Virus record (IMG/VR): IMGVR_UViG_3300034031_000009
Coordinates: 1 to 64,000 of that record
Origin: a virus
Length of the DNA: 64,000 bases
Strand: one strand, 5' to 3'
The notes beneath the pieces were generated by a model. The model was not told the origin of the DNA, did not search any database, and was given only the letters and a program-made list of their open reading frames with translations. Positions 17,833 to 25,680 of the stretch are shown here, piece by piece. How positions within the stretch are numbered: position 1 is the stretch's first letter; every line of letters begins with the position of its first letter. Position numbers and translations under genes: made by a program.

Positions 17833-20154
17833 GTGGGCAACCCTCTGCCCACGGAGAACCCCACCTTGACCAGCGCAGCCCAGTTCCAAGCCAAAGTCAC
17901 TAAGGGGGTCACGAACCTAGACCGCCTCGACTCCATCGTGAACGGTGGCCCGACTGTTGACGTGACGACGGACAACGGGGTGGTTCCGTCGCTGGCAAAG
18001 CTGGCTTCTCAGTTTTCCGGCTGGTCCCCGGTGCTATCTCCGGAGAGCGACGGTACGCGCCGGGTTCTCAAGATCGTTGACTGGATCACCGCCGTCGATG
18101 TTGACGGCGCCGTCAAGCCCCCGATCAACAAATATCTGGGTTCTGCGGGTCTCGTAGATACGGCGGCTGCCGCCACCGACTTCGGTCTTCCCGGTGCCAA
18201 GGGTGATCCGGGTGCCGCAGGCAATGTCGCTGGGAACCTGGCACAGCTCAAGGCGGCAGCGACGACCAATGTCACGATGCTCTACAGCGCGAAGCTGTTC
18301 ACTTGGACGACTGGTAACTTCACCGGCCTTGCCGATGACGTGAATGTCATCAAGAGTGATGCGAATGCCCTGTCGGTCGGTGCATGGGTCAGCGCGGCTT
18401 ACGCCAATGCCACGGCAGCATTGGTTGCCGGCGGTGCGATCGACAACCCGGCCGTGCCGTATCTGCCCGGATCTGCCCGGTTCGCGGGCACCCGTGGCAA
18501 TGTGCATCTGTATGACACAGCGATCATCGGCACAACGGATCTCCTCACGAACGGCAATTTTGCCGGCTTTCCCGCTACCGGCTGGACTCTGTCGAACTTC
18601 GACTCAAACAATCTCGGCATTACGCACGCGGCTGGTTCAATCGGTAGTGCCAAGCGTTCGGTGACCGTTGCGCCCTACACCCTCTACCTGATCCGCGCGA
18701 CTATTCAGACGACCTCTCCAGGCGACGTAACCTTCTACCTGGCTGGCCGTGGTGAGTTCAACGAGGACGAGGGTACGGCGCTCACGGTCGGTACGGTTAC
18801 GCTGGAACTACCGTTTCTGACGGGCACGTCGAACGGAGATGTGGACTTCGAGTTTCGCACTGTCGACACCGCATGGGCAGGTAAACTTATATCGCTGGCG
18901 CTAATCCAGGTTCAACAGGAAGCCCCTTACGACTTCTTCAGCATGCCCTCGGACAACAAGACGTTCAACAATCTTCTCGGGATGAAGTTCGGGCGGTTCC
19001 TGGCGGGCAATATCGGCATCGGGGATCGGCAGACCAACGGACTGGTCTACGGAAGTAACGGTGCATGGAATGTCGCGCTCGGCTCGCGTGCCAACGCCTC
19101 GATCCAGAACCACTTCGAGAATACCGCAATCGGCGGACTAGCACTGGAATATAACCAGACCGACAGAGCAACAGCCGTTGGCTATTCGGCGCTACGCTAC
19201 AACACTTTCGGCATTGAGAACTCGGCTTTCGGTTACAAAGCATTCGGCCGCAACTCTGTCGGTAACCGGAACACGGGTGTCGGCTTCCATGCCGCGCTCT
19301 ACAGCAAGACGGGCAGCAGCAACACTGTCGTTGGCGATCAGGCGCTGTATTACAGCCTCACCGGAAACTTCAATGTCGCTGTAGGGGACCGGGCCGGGTT
19401 GAACGGCGGAGGTGACGCCAATGTGTATCTCGGTGCCCTCTCTGGGCCGTTCACCGCCGGCGAGTTCCGTTTCACCTATGACAACCAGGTCTGTGTCGGT
19501 CCTAATAGTAAGGCTTATGGTGACAACGCGATCGCGTTGGGGTCCGCAGCGCAGGTTGGCACCAATCCGAACACGGGCGGAGTGGCGGTTACGGACGGCG
19601 GCGTGGCGCTCGGTGCTGGTGCCCGCGCTCTGAACCAGTCCATATCGGTGGGCACCGAAGCTGGCGCGAATATCGTCGGCACACAGAACACAATCGTCGG
19701 CCACGGTGCCGATGGGGGCGCGCACAGCAACACGACGACGCTCGGATTTGGCGCATCGTCGTCCGGTAACAATCAGGTGACGCTTGGTAATGGGAGTGTC
19801 ACAGCGATCCGAGCTGCGGTCACGTCGATCAGCGCCATCTCGGACGCGCGAGACAAGGAGGACATCTCTTACATCAGCGGTGAGTTTGCCTCATCGTTCA
19901 TACTTTCGCTGGAGCCGGCGCGCTGGACGTGGGCGATGCGCGACGGTCCCGCTCGCGAAGGAGGCGATTACGGGTTCATCGCACAAGACTTGCTCGCGGC
20001 TCAAACGGCTGTGGACGCGGACTGGCTGAGCCTCGTGAACACGTCAGATCCCGAGCGACTGGAGGCCACGCCCGGCAAGCTGGTGCCGATCCTCGTGGCT
20101 GCGCTGAAAGACGCGCTGATACGGATCGAGAATCTGGAAGCCAATCAACTTTGA
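17833..20154 (+). CDS. Tail fibre/spike with a C-terminal S74 intramolecular-chaperone domain (773 aa)
   Basis: GTG start. Gly/Asn-rich beta-helix-like repeats. C-terminal SDARDKEDISY ... YGFIAQDL motifs, typical of peptidase S74. Confidence 0.8.
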   Translation: MGNPLPTENPTLTSAAQFQAKVTKGVTNLDRLDSIVNGGPTVDVTTDNGVVPSLAKLASQFSGWSPVLSPESDGTRRVLKIVDWITAVDVDGAVKPPINKYLGSAGLVDTAAAATDFGLPGAKGDPGAAGNVAGNLAQLKAAATTNVTMLYSAKLFTWTTGNFTGLADDVNVIKSDANALSVGAWVSAAYANATAALVAGGAIDNPAVPYLPGSARFAGTRGNVHLYDTAIIGTTDLLTNGNFAGFPATGWTLSNFDSNNLGITHAAGSIGSAKRSVTVAPYTLYLIRATIQTTSPGDVTFYLAGRGEFNEDEGTALTVGTVTLELPFLTGTSNGDVDFEFRTVDTAWAGKLISLALIQVQQEAPYDFFSMPSDNKTFNNLLGMKFGRFLAGNIGIGDRQTNGLVYGSNGAWNVALGSRANASIQNHFENTAIGGLALEYNQTDRATAVGYSALRYNTFGIENSAFGYKAFGRNSVGNRNTGVGFHAALYSKTGSSNTVVGDQALYYSLTGNFNVAVGDRAGLNGGGDANVYLGALSGPFTAGEFRFTYDNQVCVGPNSKAYGDNAIALGSAAQVGTNPNTGGVAVTDGGVALGAGARALNQSISVGTEAGANIVGTQNTIVGHGADGGAHSNTTTLGFGASSSGNNQVTLGNGSVTAIRAAVTSISAISDARDKEDISYISGEFASSFILSLEPARWTWAMRDGPAREGGDYGFIAQDLLAAQTAVDADWLSLVNTSDPERLEATPGKLVPILVAALKDALIRIENLEANQL

Positions 20155-20155
20155 G

Positions 20156-20183
20156 TTGACAGACTAAGTTGAAAGTCCTACTC
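20156..20183 (+). promoter_or_regulatory. Sigma70-like promoter of the plus-strand accessory arm
   Basis: GTTGACAG-actaaGTTGAAAGTCC-TACTCC. Near-identical to the minus-strand promoter at 30655-30684. Confidence 0.5.
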
Positions 20184-20284
20184 CCCGAATCGGGCTGCGG
20201 TAGGAATGTTGCAGGGTGGCCCCGGAGACGGTGAGCCACCCTGTTGCGTTCTAGCCCCGCATTGGTCGCCCGAGGAGGATTGAG

Positions 20285-20680
20285 ATGAACCTTTTCATCC
20301 GCGTGTTCGGCACACGCGATCGCCATGACGAAGAAGTGGTGCCCGGGCTTACTCGCAATCGTGACGAATGGCGTGGCCTCGCCGCTGCGATGGGCTACGA
20401 GCCTCGCGCGCACCTCGACGTGCGACCGCACTCTCAGTGGCTGATCGACCGCGTTGCGCGGTTCCGCCGACAGGCCGCGCACGAGGAGTGCCTGAAGGTG
20501 CTGCGCGAGCTGCGCGATCGGGTTTACGCGCGCATGAGCGACATCGAGATGAGCAACAGATATGGCGGCACGACGCCGATCATGTCCGAACTCGACGGCG
20601 TGTTGAGCATGATCGACGAGGCCACGGAAGCATTGTTGGCAGACGCACCTGTCGGCCCGCCGCCACGGCCTTCGCGTTAG
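20285..20680 (+). CDS. Hypothetical protein (131 aa)
   Basis: ORF track; leader GTCGCCCGAGGAGGA upstream. Confidence 0.65.
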   Translation: MNLFIRVFGTRDRHDEEVVPGLTRNRDEWRGLAAAMGYEPRAHLDVRPHSQWLIDRVARFRRQAAHEECLKVLRELRDRVYARMSDIEMSNRYGGTTPIMSELDGVLSMIDEATEALLADAPVGPPPRPSR

Positions 20681-20714
20681 ACCCCTCACCAAGTCTCCAT
20701 GTGAAAGGATCGGT

Positions 20715-20927
20715 ATGTTCAAGATTGTGAGGCGCCTGCGTGTGACGCTGACGCTAAAGAGCGGAATAGAGATCGAGTTCGATTGCGACGACCTGACGAA
20801 GAACTTCCGTGGCAACGACTTGACCGGGCTGCAGGCCGCTCGCAGTCGGAACTGGCCGTTCTATATTCGCCTGGACGACATCTCGGCTATCCAGACCCGG
20901 AAAACTGGCTGGGTCATCAGGTTGTAG
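20715..20927 (+). CDS. Hypothetical protein (70 aa)
   Basis: ORF track; GAAAGGA SD. The stop codon lies inside the box at 20921-20938. Confidence 0.6.
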   Translation: MFKIVRRLRVTLTLKSGIEIEFDCDDLTKNFRGNDLTGLQAARSRNWPFYIRLDDISAIQTRKTGWVIRL

Positions 20928-20938
20928 GATTGTTGGAG
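20921..20938 (+). promoter_or_regulatory. M-box copy GTTGTAGGATTGTTGGAG
   Basis: 18/18 identical to 25518-25535. See findings for the full copy list. Confidence 0.8.
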
Positions 20939-21010
20939 GATCGCGCGCCCACTGCGGCAGCGCCCTCCGGAACCGGAAGCCTCTAAAAGTCGCCAAATGA
21001 AAGGATGGAT

Positions 21011-21670
21011 ATGAGTGCCGCGAACGAACTGGTCGAAATGCTGAGCATTGCAGCAACCGAGGAAGGCGTGACCATCTTCGACCATACGGCCGAGGAGATC
21101 GGTCTGCATGTCATGGATAATCACCGCGAGGTGCTGGCGGCGCTCTCTTCGCGCCGCATGAACCTCGTCAAGAGCACCTGCGAGGTGCGCGACGAGCGCT
21201 GGTCGATCCACATCGACGCCGGAGACGAGCCGTGCGGCGTTCGCGTAAAGCACCGCCAGTACGGCGACTATTACGACTGGCCCGAGGCGACGTTTGAAGG
21301 ACCAGGTGGTGTTTACGGCGGCATCTGTGCCGCTGCCGATCGCGCCTACGCGATGCAGGAGGAGTCCAGCTTCCGCACCAGATCAGCCGCGATGAAGGCT
21401 GCTCACGACTTCCTGCGCAGGTTCGGCGCTGGCGAGGTCGAGTATCTGGAATGGGACGTGGACAGTCAGAGCATGGTCGTCGTCGGTCACGAGCCGCGTC
21501 GGTCGATGTGGTGGAAGCATCCTGACGACAAGCCTGATCCTCTCGCGCCCTTCCACAGTGGTAGCGATGTTGTAGACGCCGACGAGGTGAAGCCCGAACT
21601 CGACGACGAATGGTTCGAGAAAGCTGAGATTCGCGACGGTGATCGGCTGATCCGGCCGGCGCGCGATTGA
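21011..21670 (+). CDS. Hypothetical protein (219 aa; alternative start 21005)
   Basis: ORF track; leader GTCGCCAAATGAAAGGA. The second ATG has proper SD spacing. Confidence 0.65.
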   Translation: MSAANELVEMLSIAATEEGVTIFDHTAEEIGLHVMDNHREVLAALSSRRMNLVKSTCEVRDERWSIHIDAGDEPCGVRVKHRQYGDYYDWPEATFEGPGGVYGGICAAADRAYAMQEESSFRTRSAAMKAAHDFLRRFGAGEVEYLEWDVDSQSMVVVGHEPRRSMWWKHPDDKPDPLAPFHSGSDVVDADEVKPELDDEWFEKAEIRDGDRLIRPARD

Positions 21671-21703
21671 GCCTCATCTGGTCGCCAAATTGGAGTTGTA
21701 GAA

Positions 21704-21955
21704 ATGTTGGATGACAAGGCGCTTCCCTGCATCGTCTGCGATAGGGAACTGACGAACATCGACGGCCCCAACCAGCCATCGAACGGTATCGCGTTCTCGA
21801 CGCCAGGGCACTACGGCACTACCGTATTCGACCCGATGGACGGCAGCCGGTTGGAGATCAACGTCTGTGACCCGTGCATGAGGGGTGCCGCGACACGCGG
21901 TCAAGTTCTGCACTATCGACCCGGCGGGCACGGCCCGTGGAAGGCCCCTCAATAG
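21704..21955 (+). CDS. Small Cys-containing protein (83 aa)
   Basis: CIVC ... CDPC pairs; leader GTCGCCAAATTGGAG upstream. Confidence 0.6.
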   Translation: MLDDKALPCIVCDRELTNIDGPNQPSNGIAFSTPGHYGTTVFDPMDGSRLEINVCDPCMRGAATRGQVLHYRPGGHGPWKAPQ

Positions 21956-21976
21956 GTCGCCATAGGGAGAATGAAG

Positions 21977-22174
21977 ATGACCTACCTCTACATCTATTTG
22001 GCAGTCGCCATCCCGCTCGCGATGTTCGCCTGCTTCTGGGGCGGTCGCGCATGGGATTACGATCAGGCGGTCGGCGGTGCATGGTGTGCTGCGCTATGGC
22101 CGATCATTCTCGTCGCCTTCCTCATTTGGGCGCCGTTCGGTGGCATGTTTTGGCTCGGACAGAAGTTCGGCTGA
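21977..22174 (+). CDS. Small membrane protein (65 aa), paralogue of 23355..23636
   Basis: MTYLYIYLAVAIPLAMFACFWGG...; two hydrophobic segments; leader GTCGCCATAGGGAGAATGAAGATG. Confidence 0.65.
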   Translation: MTYLYIYLAVAIPLAMFACFWGGRAWDYDQAVGGAWCAALWPIILVAFLIWAPFGGMFWLGQKFG

Positions 22175-22213
22175 GTTCGACCCCCATCCGGGTCGCCAAA
22201 GGAAAGGAGATTT

Positions 22214-22675
22214 ATGAGGATCGTGTCTGAAGCCGAGTTCGACGAGCGCATCAAGCAGATCGTCAGCGAGATCCCGGCCGACATCGGATGGGTGACAGGA
22301 CCGGGACGCTCCGGCGCCGTGGCAGCGGTCTACGCCAGCCACATCCTCGGCATCCCCTTCGTTCCCTACGGCTCGCGAGCGCCGCAGAACCTCGGCCGAC
22401 TACTCCTGGTGGATACAGCTCGCGAGAGCGGACGCACGCTGCGCAAGGCTGAGCGGCGCTACGAGTTGAGCGACCCGTTCGTGTGGGTCGGCTTCGAGGA
22501 GCCTCCGCGCGTCGCCTTCTGGTATGAAGCCGCGAAGCCACAGCGCTACCGGCACGAGCGACGCTGCCTATTCATCGGCACGACCAGTGAGATGCCGAAG
22601 ATCGGAGCCGATGGCGACCGACGCTTCCTGCCGCTGTCGGTAGGGATGTTGGAGGACTCGGCTGTCGCAGCCTGA
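22214..22675 (+). CDS. Chimeric ORF (153 aa): PRTase-like N-terminus plus VirE-helicase-like C-terminal fragment
   Basis: PRPP-loop-like LLLVDTARESGRTL. The C-terminus RCLFIGTTSEMPKIGADGDRRFLPL parallels primase motif [26 protein letters not shown]. Confidence 0.6.
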   Translation: MRIVSEAEFDERIKQIVSEIPADIGWVTGPGRSGAVAAVYASHILGIPFVPYGSRAPQNLGRLLLVDTARESGRTLRKAERRYELSDPFVWVGFEEPPRVAFWYEAAKPQRYRHERRCLFIGTTSEMPKIGADGDRRFLPLSVGMLEDSAVAA

Positions 22676-22724
22676 TCACCGAGAGCAGTTCGACCCCCAC
22701 CGAGGTCGTCAAAAGGAGAATGGC

Positions 22725-22901
22725 GTGAGACTGCTTCGCTTCATCTGCCGCTGGCGCGGCTACCACAAATGGGTTGAGCGTCAGCCGTTCGACTTCATCC
22801 CGTTCGACCAGGGTGGCTATAACTGCTCGACCTGCAGCGCCTACGAAGGCGTTGTCGCGCGGGCGCGGCGCGAGCGTGCGGGGTTGCCTTATGTCGGTTA
22901 A
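22725..22901 (+). CDS. Hypothetical protein (58 aa, GTG start), below the ORF-track cutoff
   Basis: Leader GTCGTCAAAAGGAGA lies 5 nt before the GTG. Overlaps the next start (ATGTCGGTTAA). Confidence 0.45.
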   Translation: MRLLRFICRWRGYHKWVERQPFDFIPFDQGGYNCSTCSAYEGVVARARRERAGLPYVG

Positions 22902-23010
22902 GCCGATCTTCGCCTGGTACGACCTATGGGTGGGCGTCTTCGTCGACCGCCCGAAGCGTAGGCTCTACATCTTTCCGGTGCCGTGCCTTGGACTGGTTGT
23001 CCAGTTCTGA
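22891..23010 (+). CDS. Small phage protein (39 aa)
   Basis: MSVKPIFAWYDLWVGVFVDRPKRRLYIFPVPCLGLVVQF. The WYDLW.GV..D...R.LYI.P pattern recurs in prophage small ORFs. Confidence 0.5.
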   Translation: MSVKPIFAWYDLWVGVFVDRPKRRLYIFPVPCLGLVVQF

Positions 23011-23040
23011 ACAAGAGCACCACCGAAGTCGCCAAGGAGA

Positions 23041-23316
23041 ATGAACGTGCCGAAGTTTCGCGTGCCGATCCAGGTCAGCGTCGCTCCAGTGCAGACCTAT
23101 AGCAAGACGATCACCGTCGAGGCGGCGTCGCGCGCGGAGGCTGCGCGGATCATCAAGGGGCATGTTCAATACGGCAACTCCGTGCTGTCGGACGCCATCA
23201 ACTCGCCGGGCTGGAAGGTTGTTGGAGGACGACTTGAACCGATCCAACCCGACAAGACCGCATACGACCACTATCTCAATGAAGAAGCGCTGGATTCGTG
23301 GGCGGCAGATGATTGA
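23041..23316 (+). CDS. Hypothetical protein (91 aa; alternative GTG start 23047)
   Basis: ORF track; leader GTCGCCAAGGAGA. Confidence 0.6.
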   Translation: MNVPKFRVPIQVSVAPVQTYSKTITVEAASRAEAARIIKGHVQYGNSVLSDAINSPGWKVVGGRLEPIQPDKTAYDHYLNEEALDSWAADD

Positions 23317-23354
23317 AACCCGGCGACCACAGGAGTCGCCATGAAAGGAGCACG

Positions 23355-23636
23355 ATGACGTACCTCTACATTTATCTCGCCGTGGCGCTGCCAACTGGGA
23401 TGTTCGCCTGCTTCAGAGGCGGCTGGAACTATGACTACGATGACGCTATCGGCGGTTGCTTGATGGCGCTCGTATGGCCGATCGTCGCGGTAGCCCTCCT
23501 CGCATGGCTTCCGTTCGGTGGTGCCTTCTGGCTTGGTGGCAAAATCAGCGGCCAATCTCCGCGTCCCCCGGCTGGCGACTTGCCACTACCGCGTCGTTCC
23601 GATGTTGCACCGCCGCCAGCGCGCCCGTCACGGTAG
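23355..23636 (+). CDS. Small membrane protein (93 aa), paralogue of 21977..22174
   Basis: MTYLYIYLAVALPTGMFACFRGG...; leader GTCGCCATGAAAGGAG; Pro/Arg-rich C-terminal extension. Confidence 0.6.
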   Translation: MTYLYIYLAVALPTGMFACFRGGWNYDYDDAIGGCLMALVWPIVAVALLAWLPFGGAFWLGGKISGQSPRPPAGDLPLPRRSDVAPPPARPSR

Positions 23637-23639
23637 CCC

Positions 23640-23867
23640 TCACTCGATAATCATAATCGCCAGCACTGTGAAGAATCCGACCTCGATCCCGCCGAACCGT
23701 CCGCCGGCCACCATCCCCCTCACGACCTTCAGCAGGTGGCCGGGACTCTCGTAGCGGATCATGTGTTCGATCGTGTCGAGTGCGAGTTGCCGGCCAAGTT
23801 CATTGTCGCGCGCCCAGACGCCGGTCTCTGATAGATCGACCGACTCGTTGATCCTGATGACGTTCAT
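23640..23867 (-). CDS. Hypothetical small protein (75 aa) downstream of the LuxR-type gene
   Basis: Start at MNVIRINES with a GGGGG SD-like run. Hydrophobic C-terminus. Confidence 0.55.
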   Translation of the reverse strand: MNVIRINESVDLSETGVWARDNELGRQLALDTIEHMIRYESPGHLLKVVRGMVAGGRFGGIEVGFFTVLAIMIIE

Positions 23868-23934
23868 CTGTTTAGCCCCCGTTGTTGGAGGCACTGTCTC
23901 AGGTACGCAAGCGTACAGCTATCACCCTAAAGGG

Positions 23935-24696
23935 TCAGAGCAGATCCTTGAGGTCGATTCGCTGCTCGTAGAGTAAACGGATGACTGCCTGAACAGTCTT
24001 GGATGCACCTAGAATCGTTCGTGCATCTTTAAGGTGCCGCTTCACTGTTTCCTCAGAGATGCCGAGATGCTTGCCGATTTCATGCTCGGTCAGGCCGCGT
24101 CCGGCAAGCATCACACATTCGACCTGCCGATCGGTGAGGCTGTGACGTTCAATGGCGTGACTGCCTGGCGACAGGATGAATCGTCGCCCGGCCTCAAATG
24201 CGAACAGGGCCACCGTCTGCGCCATGAGCAGGTTTTCCGTGGACAACTCGCGACCGGCGTTCATGGCAAAGCTGCACGAGCCTGACGGTTGATCGGGGAG
24301 GTGGACCGGAACGACAAACGTCTCCCCGATCCCCGCGCGTGCCTCGGCCACTGTGAAATCCCTCTCCGCGTCGGTGCGGTCGCGGGGAATATCGTAGGAC
24401 CGGAAGCCGACACTGGTGCGGCGCCCGAACGCCACCACCGGGTCGATGTCGATGAAGTGGTTGCGCGTGTAGTGCTCCGCCCAAGACTCCGCATGATTAT
24501 GGAAGCAGACCATCTCCCCCTTCGCCATGTGGTCGAGGTTCGATTGGTAGCCGGATAGATCGACCCACTGGACGACAGAGTAGCGGTCGAAGCGCATGTT
24601 GCTGCCGATAGCCTCAACCAGGACGGCCACCTGCCTCGGTGTGTTTGCTAGTCGGGTGGCGTCTATGAACGATTGGATGTCAACCAAGCGGCTCAT
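23935..24696 (-). CDS. LuxR-family regulator (253 aa): autoinducer-binding-like N-domain plus LuxR HTH
   Basis: WAEHYTRNHFIDIDP has the W-x3-Y-x8-DP spacing of the conserved W57/Y61/D70/P71 positions of TraR/LuxR. C-terminal HTH LTDRQVECVMLAGRGLTEHEIGKHLGISEETVKRHL. Confidence 0.8.
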   Translation of the reverse strand: MSRLVDIQSFIDATRLANTPRQVAVLVEAIGSNMRFDRYSVVQWVDLSGYQSNLDHMAKGEMVCFHNHAESWAEHYTRNHFIDIDPVVAFGRRTSVGFRSYDIPRDRTDAERDFTVAEARAGIGETFVVPVHLPDQPSGSCSFAMNAGRELSTENLLMAQTVALFAFEAGRRFILSPGSHAIERHSLTDRQVECVMLAGRGLTEHEIGKHLGISEETVKRHLKDARTILGASKTVQAVIRLLYEQRIDLKDLL

Positions 24697-24791
24697 GGGT
24701 CGAGGTTAGCTGCGTCGCCCTGTCGCGGGCAAGACCCCTTGATGTCGCGGCTTGTTTTGTAACATGATTCGTTGTAACTTAATTGCATTGA

Positions 24792-24840
24792 ACCGGGGCG
24801 GCCTCTCAGCGATGCACACTGCCCCGGTCTTTTGGGGTTT
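24792..24840 (+). terminator. Terminator-like hairpin upstream of (antisense to) the luxR-type gene start
   Basis: ACCGGGGC-21 nt-GCCCCGGT followed by CTTTTGGGGTTT. Confidence 0.35.
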
Positions 24841-24953
24841 CAGAGGAAGGGCGCGAGCGCACCCGGTCCCCGCATAGTGCGGGATCAACGCCCCGGCGCG
24901 AACGGCCGTACCTGCTGGCAGACCAGGTGTATAATCGTCTGCCTCCTTTCCCC

Positions 24954-24997
24954 GTTGTAGGATTGCTGTAGCCCGTCATGGGAATCCCCATAACGCC
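24954..24997 (+). promoter_or_regulatory. M-box plus hairpin module
   Basis: GTTGTAGGATTGCTGTAG-cccgt-CATGGGAATCCCCATAACGCC. The last 21 nt are identical to the reverse complement of 30145-30165. TATAAT lies at 24930-24935, just upstream. Confidence 0.75.
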
Positions 24998-25048
24998 TCT
25001 GCCGTTCGACGACCATCTAGGTCGCCATCATGGCGTTTCACTTTCTGG

Positions 25049-25078
25049 TTGACACGACTCCGAATCACTCGCTAGCGA
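25049..25078 (+). promoter_or_regulatory. Sigma70-like promoter pointing into the ORF-free locus
   Basis: GGTTGACAC-N15-GCTAGCGA. Same architecture as the promoters at 2879, 20156, 30684 and 32023. Confidence 0.4.
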
Positions 25079-25084
25079 TGCGGC

Positions 25085-25500
25085 TCGCCACGGCACTGAG
25101 ACCTCGGTCTTTAGGACGGTGACGGAGCAGGATAGGCCGGACGCCTGCTCCACGAAATCGCCCCGAGTTCCACGGCGTAAGTAGGCGACGGCCCAAAGCG
25201 TGAGATGGAGCGGGAACGGCCAGGGTGGCGGTCAGTAGTTCCGGATCAGAATGTCGGAGCGAATGCCGCCACCCTGCGAGTTTCGCAGTGCAGAGAAGCG
25301 CCGAGGCACGGGCAGTAGGTGGTACGGCTCGCGAGGCCCCCATCGAAGGATCGAGAAGGCGTCAGGAACTGGTCGCTGCGTAGGGTGGCGGCGAACGTCA
25401 TGCGCTGGGCGGTAGGTTCCGTCGCATGACGGAAACGGCGCCGCCACCCACTTTATCCACAGCCCATTGAGTCCCATCTAATCCCATGCCGTCCGTCCTC
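25085..25500 (+). ncRNA. Candidate structured RNA / int leader, or attP arm region (unassigned)
   Basis: No credible ORF in six frames. 11-bp helices at 25221-25231/25266-25276 and 25383-25393/25439-25449, the latter with a nested 9-bp helix 25396-25404/25423-25431. An 8-bp hairpin at 25124-25151. Confidence 0.25.
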
Positions 25501-25517
25501 GAACCAGCGACGCGACT

Positions 25518-25560
25518 GTTGTAGGATTGTTGGAGAAAGCGTTACGGGAAATCCCGTTAC
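25518..25560 (+). promoter_or_regulatory. M-box plus hairpin module upstream of int
   Basis: GTTGTAGGATTGTTGGAG-aaagcgtt-ACGGGAAATCCCGT-TACGC. Confidence 0.75.
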
Positions 25561-25658
25561 GCAGCAATGTCAACAACTTACGATGCAGCATCGGCGACTG
25601 CCGGGGTCGCCAATCACCATTCCATGACACCTTCTGGAACCTCCCTGGACACCGCGCA

Positions 25659-25680
25659 AACCCTTTAACCATAAAGGGTT
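25659..25680 (+). promoter_or_regulatory. Perfect 9-bp stem / 4-nt loop hairpin in the int upstream region
   Basis: AACCCTTTA-acca-TAAAGGGTT; no U-tract follows. Confidence 0.6.

Noticed and set aside
20921-25535. The identical 18-mers at 20921 and 25518 as attL/attR of an inserted 4.6-kb element
   Set aside because: The same box occurs at least 13 times in both orientations across 11 kb, and the integrase lies outside the interval. A dispersed regulatory/cassette motif explains it better.
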